Below the pieces are notes generated by a model. That model saw nothing but the letters and a program-made list of their open reading frames with translations, ran no database searches and was not told where the DNA came from. DNA of 64,000 nt from Pseudomonadota bacterium (lineage in GTDB: Bacteria; Pseudomonadota; Alphaproteobacteria; Sphingomonadales; Sphingomonadaceae), in NCBI GenBank assembly GCA_046731355.1, contig JBKPKZ010000090.1, positions 6,806 through 70,805 of the forward strand, in the 5' to 3' direction. Shown one piece after another: positions 57,491 to 64,000 of this stretch; position 1 is the first letter of the stretch, and every line of letters starts with the position of its first letter. The position numbers were made by a program, and so were the translations under genes.

Positions 57491-57991
57491 TTAGGGATTG
57501 CGGCCTGATTTTGCCAGATTGGCCAATCCACACCTCGCGGCGGCCGCGTCGATCGCCGTGGCCGCGCCCTCGAGCAAATAGCGATCCGCGAACCGGCCAC
57601 CTGCTTGATCGCGCGATTCGACGCGCATCCCGCCGGCTGACCGAGCCGCTTCCATGATCGCCGCTTCCTGGGCTGAATCGCGGCTCCACGCCCAGCCGCG
57701 TCCCGTCGCGAGCAGAAATGGCTGGTTGCCGACGGTCAGGATAACCGACGAGCCTGCCCGGGGCATCCGGCTGAGCTGCGCATAGAATTGCCCGTGTCGT
57801 GGACCGCCCGAATCGAATGCAAAGCCGGCGCGGGCCTGAACCTTGCCCTTTTGAGCGATCCGGAGCGCCCGCGAGGCGGCCTCGCAATTGCCGCTGCGAT
57901 CTAGAGCAACCCACTGCCCGCCCGCGAACAGTAGCTGCGCCGCCGATGCCGGCGCCGCAAAAACAAGAGTGAGGGCGTAAAACCAGCGCAC
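57491..57991 (-). CDS. Secreted hypothetical protein (IalB-like)
   Basis: Signal peptide, two Cys, Y.L.G...AIDAA..C ending; usual position upstream of rlmN. Confidence 0.65.
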   Translation of the reverse strand: MRWFYALTLVFAAPASAAQLLFAGGQWVALDRSGNCEAASRALRIAQKGKVQARAGFAFDSGGPRHGQFYAQLSRMPRAGSSVILTVGNQPFLLATGRGWAWSRDSAQEAAIMEAARSAGGMRVESRDQAGGRFADRYLLEGAATAIDAAAARCGLANLAKSGRNP

Positions 57992-58010
57992 GAGGCAAGA
58001 CTAGCCGCGC

Positions 58011-58664
58011 TCAGCCTTCGAACAAGGCCGTTCCGATTCGGACCGCCGTCGCCCCGAGCATGACTGCTGACTTGAAGTCCCCGGACATGCCCATGCTGAG
58101 ACCCGCTACGCCATGGTCCTCAGCAAGCTTGGCGAGCAAGGCGAAAAAGGGCGCGGCCTCGACGCCGAGCGGCGGGATCGCCATCAGTCCGGCGAGCGGG
58201 AGCGGGGTTGATCGGACGGCTTCGACCAGCGAGCCGACTTCGCCGATCGGGCAACCCCCCTTCTGCTCCTCGTCGCCGATGTTCACCTGAACGAAAACGG
58301 AGGGAGACCGGTCCTCCTTCACCGCTTCCTTGGTCAAAGCGTCGAGCAGCGACGGTCGATCGACCGAGTGGATCACGTCGAACAATCTCACCGCTTCGGC
58401 CGCCTTGTTCGACTGAAGCCGGCCGATGCAATGAAGCCGAACGCCTGGATGGCGCGCTAGCAGCGAAGGCCACTTCTCCAATGCCTCCTGAACTCGGCTC
58501 TCGCCGAAATCCCGCTGCCCAGCGGAAACCAGCTCTTCGACCTGTTCGGCCGATCGCGTCTTGCTGACGGCGATGAGCTGTACTTCCGCCGCCTCGCGCC
58601 GGGCCAGTTTCGCAGCGGCGGCAATCTCGTCGAGAATTTTCCGGCGTCGCTCTGCAGCACTCAT
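58011..58664 (-). CDS. yggS: PLP homeostasis protein YggS
   Basis: LIAVSKT, FGESRVQE, IGRLQSNK, GLMAIPP, LSMGMSGD, VRIGTALF. Confidence 0.95.
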   Translation of the reverse strand: MSAAERRRKILDEIAAAAKLARREAAEVQLIAVSKTRSAEQVEELVSAGQRDFGESRVQEALEKWPSLLARHPGVRLHCIGRLQSNKAAEAVRLFDVIHSVDRPSLLDALTKEAVKEDRSPSVFVQVNIGDEEQKGGCPIGEVGSLVEAVRSTPLPLAGLMAIPPLGVEAAPFFALLAKLAEDHGVAGLSMGMSGDFKSAVMLGATAVRIGTALFEG

Positions 58665-58687
58665 GATCAGGGGCTATAGGAACCGGC

Positions 58688-59251
58688 ATGACTGGCCGCC
58701 AGAGACCTTTGCCGCGCGCCTGGCTGATGACCGACGAGCGCGTGGGCGAGCAATTGTGGGAAGCGATCGATCGGCTGCCGATCAAGCATGCCGGGATCGT
58801 GTTCCGGCATTACTGCGCGCCGCCTGATGTCCGGGCAGCGCTCGCGGGCAGGATCGCGGATATCTGTCATCGCCGAGGCCTGACCCTTGCAATCGCCGCC
58901 GACTCCGATCTGGCGCGCTCGCTAAGCGCGGATCTCGTCCACAATCCGATCGAGGTTCCGACCGGCCTGCCCTTCTCGCGAGCCGTGCATTCGATCGACG
59001 AGGCCGCGATCGCCAAGGCCGACGGTGCCGCACTGGTGTTCGTGTCGCCGGTTTACCCGACCAGCTCCCACCCCGGTCGAAGACCGCTCTATCGCCCGCT
59101 GGCGTCACGAATCGCGAAGGCGGCGGGCGCACCGGCAATTGCCCTGGGCGGCATGAACGCGCTGAAATTCGCTCGGCTGGAGCGCGAGGGCTTTTACGGC
59201 TGGGCTGGGATCGACGCCTGGCTCAACGTCGACGGCGCTTCTAGAATTTGA
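58688..59251 (+). CDS. Thiamine-phosphate synthase (TMP-TENI) family protein
   Basis: WLMTDER, VFRHY, VSPVYPTSSHPG, IALGGM; short ThiE/TenI-like barrel. Confidence 0.75.
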   Translation: MTGRQRPLPRAWLMTDERVGEQLWEAIDRLPIKHAGIVFRHYCAPPDVRAALAGRIADICHRRGLTLAIAADSDLARSLSADLVHNPIEVPTGLPFSRAVHSIDEAAIAKADGAALVFVSPVYPTSSHPGRRPLYRPLASRIAKAAGAPAIALGGMNALKFARLEREGFYGWAGIDAWLNVDGASRI

Positions 59252-59954
59252 ATGCGGTTCCGACGTAGACCGCCTGGCTGTCTCGGCGGTTGTCGCTCAC
59301 GACCGCATTCCGGTCGCGTTCGACGTTGTAGCGGACGCCGCCGGTGAGGGCGATGCGCTGGCTGATGTTGTACGCACCGCCGACATCGAGCGAGTAATTC
59401 TCGCGGTCCCGAAGCGCCGGAATCCGGTCGTCACGCTCCGCGCCGACCGCAACACGGCCGGTGAAGCGCTTGAGCGAGTAGCTGACGCCGACAATCGCGC
59501 TTTCCTTGTTGCCGATCGCCGGATTGTTGGACTCGGTCTTGGCGACGTCGCCGGAAACGGCGAAGCTGCGCCAGCCCACGGCCATGCCCAGGTTGTAGCT
59601 CGCGGGCGTGAGCGCCGTGATCGAGGAAGCCGAACCAGCGTCGGCAGTACGAGTGCGAAGCTCGGCATCCGGACGTGCGCGAATCGCGACTCGGACCTGC
59701 GACGGGCGGCTCTTGGCAGCGGCAGGAGTGAACTTGAAATCGGTCAAAGACAGGCCGCGGCTGCCGACTGACGCGGCGAGCTTGGGATCGGCCCCGGCAG
59801 GAGTGAAATTGGAAAGCGGGTCGAAGCTCAGTGCAACGACGGGAGCCTTCTTCTTTGCCGTAAGCGGAGCAGCGATCGCGGGCGACAAGAGAAGACCCAC
59901 CGCGGATACCGCGGCGAGCAGCTTTGCGCTCCCTGACCGACCGAGACTCGGCAA
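59241..59954 (-). CDS. Outer-membrane beta-barrel protein (small porin-like)
   Basis: AGGAGG RBS then TTG at 59954; signal peptide; alternating beta strands; ends VYVGTAFKF with terminal Phe. Confidence 0.75.
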   Translation of the reverse strand: MPSLGRSGSAKLLAAVSAVGLLLSPAIAAPLTAKKKAPVVALSFDPLSNFTPAGADPKLAASVGSRGLSLTDFKFTPAAAKSRPSQVRVAIRARPDAELRTRTADAGSASSITALTPASYNLGMAVGWRSFAVSGDVAKTESNNPAIGNKESAIVGVSYSLKRFTGRVAVGAERDDRIPALRDRENYSLDVGGAYNISQRIALTGGVRYNVERDRNAVVSDNRRDSQAVYVGTAFKF

Positions 59955-60033
59955 GTACAATCCTCCTGTTTCGACTCCGATATAGTCGTGCGAACCTGAA
60001 GGTTCCATGACGGGAATCGATTCCGTACCGTTC

Positions 60034-60049
60034 TGTTGCAGTGGCAACA
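60034..60049. promoter_or_regulatory. Palindromic operator candidate in a GANTC-rich divergent promoter
   Basis: TGTTGC-AGTG-GCAACA, extendable to TTCTG...CAGAA. Confidence 0.5.
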
Positions 60050-60136
60050 CAGAATCCTTCGATTCGCGCTGCTTGCCCCTGCTCCGACAGTATCTATAAC
60101 GCCCGTTCGTCCGAGTTCACCTCAAGAGGATTCCCG

Positions 60137-60571
60137 ATGCTTCGCCTGAAGACCGCCACTGCTGCGCTTCTCGTCATCGCCGTGGCCGCGCCAGGCTGTT
60201 CCCGTAACCGCGACGTGCCCGTCGAGCTTGCCCCGTCCCGAATGACGACGATCGGCGTGAACGCCTACCTCTGGCGAGCGGCGCTGGACACCCTGTCGTT
60301 CGCGCCCCTGCTCCAGGCCGACGCAAACAGCGGCGTGATCATCACCGACTGGTATTCGAATCCGCAGTCACCGGGAGAGCGGGTCAAGGTCACCGCCACG
60401 ATCCTCGACCAGGACCTTCGCGCCGACGCGCTTCGAGTCACCGCTTCGCGCCAGGTCAACCAAGGCGGAGCATGGGTCAATGCGCCCGTCTCGGCCGCGA
60501 CCGTGCAGAAGCTCGAGGACATCATCCTAACCCGTGCCCGCGACATCCGCCGCACGACCGTCAGGGGATAA
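60137..60571 (+). CDS. DUF3576 family lipoprotein
   Basis: Lipobox-like [34 protein letters not shown]; precedes leuS. Confidence 0.88.
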   Translation: MLRLKTATAALLVIAVAAPGCSRNRDVPVELAPSRMTTIGVNAYLWRAALDTLSFAPLLQADANSGVIITDWYSNPQSPGERVKVTATILDQDLRADALRVTASRQVNQGGAWVNAPVSAATVQKLEDIILTRARDIRRTTVRG

Positions 60572-60581
60572 GGCTGAGCAT

Positions 60582-63101
60582 ATGACCGGCCGTTTCGATC
60601 CGGCCGTTGCGGACGTCCGCTGGCAGGCCCGGTGGGACGAGGCACGCAGCTTCGTCGCCGACACCGCGAGCCCTAAACCGAAGACGTACGTCCTGGAGAT
60701 GTTTCCCTATCCGTCGGGGCGCATCCACATGGGCCATGTCCGTAACTACACGATGGGCGACGTACTCGCGCGATTCCGCCGGATGCAGGGCTGCGAGGTG
60801 CTACATCCGATGGGCTGGGACGCCTTCGGAATGCCGGCCGAGAATGCCGCGATGGAACGCAAGGTCCATCCCGGCGAATGGACTCGCCGGAACATCGCGA
60901 CGATGCGGGACCAGCTCAAGAGGCTGGGTTTCGCGCTCGACTGGAGCCGTGAGCTCGCGACCTGCGAGCCCGACTATTACGGGCACGAGCAGGAGCTGTT
61001 CCTCGACCTCTACGAGGCGGGACTGGTCTATCGCAAGGAGAGCGAGGTCAATTGGGACCCGGTCGACTGCACCGTGCTTGCCAACGAGCAAGTGATCGAT
61101 GGCAAGGGCTGGCGCTCAGGCGCCCCCGTCGAACGGCGGCGGCTTGCCCAGTGGTTCCTGAAAATCACCGACTTCGCGGAGGACCTGCTGCAGGGGCTCG
61201 GTGAGCTCGACAACTGGCCCGACAAGGTCAAGCTGATGCAGGAGAACTGGATCGGCAAGAGCCGCGGCCTGCAGTTCCGATTTCGACTTGCCAAGGGGGA
61301 CTCCAACGCTGAGTCCGTCGAGGTCTTCACGACCCGCCCGGACACGATCTTCGGTGCAAGCTTCGTCGCTATCGCGCCGACTCATCCGATTGCCGAAGCG
61401 CTCGCGAACCGCGATCCCGCGCTCGCCGAGTTCATTGCGGAATGTCGCAAGGGCGGCACCAGCGCGGCCGAGATCGAGACCGCCGAGAAGCAGGGCTATC
61501 GCACCTCGATCGAGGCGATCCATCCGCTCGATCCCAACTGGCGCCTGCCCGTCTACATCGCGAACTTCGTGCTGATGGAATATGGCACGGGCGCGATCTT
61601 CGGAGTCCCCGCCCATGACCAGCGCGACTTCGAATTTGCAAGCAAGTACGGGCTCCCGGTCAAACGCGTTGTCGCTGCCTCTGCCGACGAGGCTGGCCAG
61701 CCGATCGTCGGTGAAGCCGAGCCGATGGACGGCATCGCGGTCAATTCCCAGTTCCTCGACGGACTGACCACCGAGCAGGCAACGGCCGAAGTCATTCGAC
61801 GGGCAGAGTCAGGCGGCTGGGGGGTTGGGACGACTGCCTATCGCCTTCGTGACTGGGGCGTCTCGAGGCAGCGCTACTGGGGCACGCCGATTCCGATCAT
61901 CCACTGCGAAGCCTGCGGTGCGGTTCCGGTACCCAGGGACCAGCTCCCAGTCGTGCTTCCCGAAGACGTGACCTTCGACCTGCCCGGCAATCCGCTCGAT
62001 CGCCACGATAGCTGGCGCAGGGTCCCCTGCCCTTCGTGCGGTGGGGAGGCGCGTCGAGAGACCGACACGCTCGACACTTTCGTCGATTCGAGCTGGTACT
62101 TCATGCGCTTCGCGAGTGAGCCGGCCGACAAGCCGTTCGATCGCAACGAGGTCGAGCAGTGGCTTCCGGTCGACCAGTATATCGGCGGAGTGGAGCACGC
62201 GATCCTGCACCTGCTCTACGCGCGCTTCTGGACACGGGCGCTCAACCATCTCGGACGTATCGGCATGGCAGAGCCATTCAAGGGCCTGTTCACGCAAGGC
62301 ATGGTCACGCACGAGACCTACCGTGCTGGGGATGGAAGTTGGCTGAGCCCCGATGAAGTACGCCGGGACGGCGACGATTGGATCCACGTCGAAAGCGGGG
62401 TCCCGGTCACGCTCGGCCGCGTCGAGAAGATGTCCAAGTCGAAGCGCAATACGATCGACCCCGAGCCGATCATCGCTCGCTACGGTGCCGATGCGGTTCG
62501 CTGGTTCATGCTGTCGGACAGCCCGCCCGAGCGCGACCTCGAATGGTCCGAGGGCGGAATCGAGGGGGCCGCCCGGTTCGTCCAGCGCGTCTGGAGGCTG
62601 GCGACGACCGATACCTCGGCCCAAGGCGTGGACGAAGCGCTCGAGCGCAAGCTCCACAAGGCGATCGCTGCCGTTACCGAGGCGCTCGACGGCCTGCAAT
62701 TCAACAAGGCGGTCGCGCAGTCCTACGAACTGGCCAGCGCCATCGAGAAGGCGAAGCCGTCGGCTACGCGCTCGGACGCGATCCGCACCCTGGTGCGGCT
62801 GATTGCACCCGCTGCTCCTCATCTTGCCGAGGAAGCGTGGGCTGCGCTGGGCGAAACAACCATGGTGGTCGATGCTTGCTGGCCAGAGTTCGATCCTGCG
62901 TTGCTCGTCGAGGATCAGGTCACGCTTGCGATCCAGGTAAACGGCAAGCTCCGCGATACTCTGAATGCCCCGCGCGGACTTGATCGAGGTGCTGCGGAGG
63001 CACTCGCGCTCGCTTCGGAAAAGGTGCAGCGTCTGCTCGAAGGCAATGCGCCTCGGAAGGTGATCGTCGTGCCCGACCGGCTGGTGAATATCGTCGCATG
63101 A
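60582..63101 (+). CDS. leuS: Leucine--tRNA ligase
   Basis: [13 protein letters not shown], editing domain, [28 protein letters not shown]. Confidence 0.98.
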   Translation: MTGRFDPAVADVRWQARWDEARSFVADTASPKPKTYVLEMFPYPSGRIHMGHVRNYTMGDVLARFRRMQGCEVLHPMGWDAFGMPAENAAMERKVHPGEWTRRNIATMRDQLKRLGFALDWSRELATCEPDYYGHEQELFLDLYEAGLVYRKESEVNWDPVDCTVLANEQVIDGKGWRSGAPVERRRLAQWFLKITDFAEDLLQGLGELDNWPDKVKLMQENWIGKSRGLQFRFRLAKGDSNAESVEVFTTRPDTIFGASFVAIAPTHPIAEALANRDPALAEFIAECRKGGTSAAEIETAEKQGYRTSIEAIHPLDPNWRLPVYIANFVLMEYGTGAIFGVPAHDQRDFEFASKYGLPVKRVVAASADEAGQPIVGEAEPMDGIAVNSQFLDGLTTEQATAEVIRRAESGGWGVGTTAYRLRDWGVSRQRYWGTPIPIIHCEACGAVPVPRDQLPVVLPEDVTFDLPGNPLDRHDSWRRVPCPSCGGEARRETDTLDTFVDSSWYFMRFASEPADKPFDRNEVEQWLPVDQYIGGVEHAILHLLYARFWTRALNHLGRIGMAEPFKGLFTQGMVTHETYRAGDGSWLSPDEVRRDGDDWIHVESGVPVTLGRVEKMSKSKRNTIDPEPIIARYGADAVRWFMLSDSPPERDLEWSEGGIEGAARFVQRVWRLATTDTSAQGVDEALERKLHKAIAAVTEALDGLQFNKAVAQSYELASAIEKAKPSATRSDAIRTLVRLIAPAAPHLAEEAWAALGETTMVVDACWPEFDPALLVEDQVTLAIQVNGKLRDTLNAPRGLDRGAAEALALASEKVQRLLEGNAPRKVIVVPDRLVNIVA

Positions 63102-63598
63102 AGCGCGTTCTCGTCCTCGCGGCGGCTACGCTGGCGCTCGGCGGTTGCCAGCTTCGGCCGCTCTACGCGGGCGGTTCATCGGGCGCGGTCGCGACCACCC
63201 TTTCATCCGTCACCGTGACCCCGATCGAAGGCCAGGTCGGCTGGCTGGTCTACAACAAGCTCAGGGATCGCCTGGGAGCGGCAGGCACGAGCACGGTGCG
63301 CTATCGCCTCGAGGTCCAGCTCGATGACGACATCATCGGGCTTGGCATTCGCGGGGACCGCGCAGTCACTCGTGAGCGGCGTACACTCAGGGCTCGCTAC
63401 CAGCTCGTAGATGTCTCCAACGGATCGGTAGTTCTTGATTCGACGGCCGGGTCCGACGCCGGAATCGACGTCGTCAGTTCGGAATATGCGACCGTCGCTG
63501 CGGAGCAGACTGCCGCGGAGCGATTGTCGGAAGCCGTTGCCGACCAAATCGTGACTCGGCTTGGGCAGTTCGCCGCGCGAGCTCCCTCGGCGCAGTGA
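63098..63598 (+). CDS. lptE: LptE family outer-membrane lipoprotein
   Basis: Lipobox LGGC, .RPLY, between leuS and holA. Confidence 0.88.
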   Translation: MKRVLVLAAATLALGGCQLRPLYAGGSSGAVATTLSSVTVTPIEGQVGWLVYNKLRDRLGAAGTSTVRYRLEVQLDDDIIGLGIRGDRAVTRERRTLRARYQLVDVSNGSVVLDSTAGSDAGIDVVSSEYATVAAEQTAAERLSEAVADQIVTRLGQFAARAPSAQ

Positions 63599-64000
63599 AA
63601 GCCGCCAGGGGAAGCATCGGCCGCTCGGTCGACGAGCCCGATCGGGAAATCCGCTTCTATCTCTTCCACGGGGCGGACGAGGCGCAATCCTCCGCGCTGG
63701 GCGATCGGCTGGTCGCGGCGCTGAAGGCCACGAAGCTCTCGATGACGGGGGCTTCCCTTCGCGGCGACCCGGCGCACCTCGCCGACGAGGCTTGCGCCAT
63801 CGACATGTTCGGAGGCGCGAAGGTCATCTGGCTCCAGCCGGCCGGCGACGAGATCGTGGATTCGGTTGAAGCGCTTCTGGACGCACCCGCGACCGAAAGC
63901 CCGGTCGTCGCGATTGCCGGGAAGCTGGGCAAGACGTCCGGCCTGCTCAAGCTGGCGGAGGGGCACGGCCTGGCGCTGTCGCACGTGTCCTACGAGCTGG
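63595..64000 (+). CDS. holA: DNA polymerase III delta subunit, N-terminal part (runs off window end)
   Basis: Manual translation [32 protein letters not shown]...DPAHLADEA.AIDMFGG; follows lptE. Confidence 0.9.
   Translation, partial: MKAARGSIGRSVDEPDREIRFYLFHGADEAQSSALGDRLVAALKATKLSMTGASLRGDPAHLADEACAIDMFGGAKVIWLQPAGDEIVDSVEALLDAPATESPVVAIAGKLGKTSGLLKLAEGHGLALSHVSYEL

Noticed and set aside
1-64000. CRISPR arrays, IS elements, prophage genes, rRNA
   Set aside because: No repeat-spacer periodicity, transposase, integrase, phage structural gene or rRNA-like sequence was recognised.

Overview
A GC-rich alphaproteobacterial chromosome segment, most consistent with Sphingomonadaceae (UrcA, DUF4402, rsmB-rpe-heparinase-purH, ftsK-lolA-xth-ribA and leuS-lptE-holA gene orders). 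About 68 CDS and one tRNA-Gly(GCC) are supported. Most are core genes. No integrase, transposase, prophage or CRISPR array was seen. The most notable region is a ~13 kb lipid-linked glycosylation locus (43382-56167). It encodes an STT3/AglB-like oligosaccharyltransferase homologue that keeps the catalytic acidic motifs but has FVDLG in place of WWDYG. It also encodes a GtrA flippase, a SAM methyltransferase, two polyprenyl-phosphate GT2s, two more GT-C membrane proteins, a GT4 and another GT2. Other highlights: an archaeal/eukaryote-type CDC48/VAT double-AAA ATPase with a C-terminal IGF, a candidate stress sRNA between lolA and xth, a sigma54/PspF-type promoter driving an unlisted 36-aa peptide plus a PspC-domain gene, a class A beta-lactamase-like protein with a long omega-loop insertion, a nuclease-less HerA-type ATPase, and a GANTC-dense divergent promoter. 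All family calls come from recalled motifs, not database searches.
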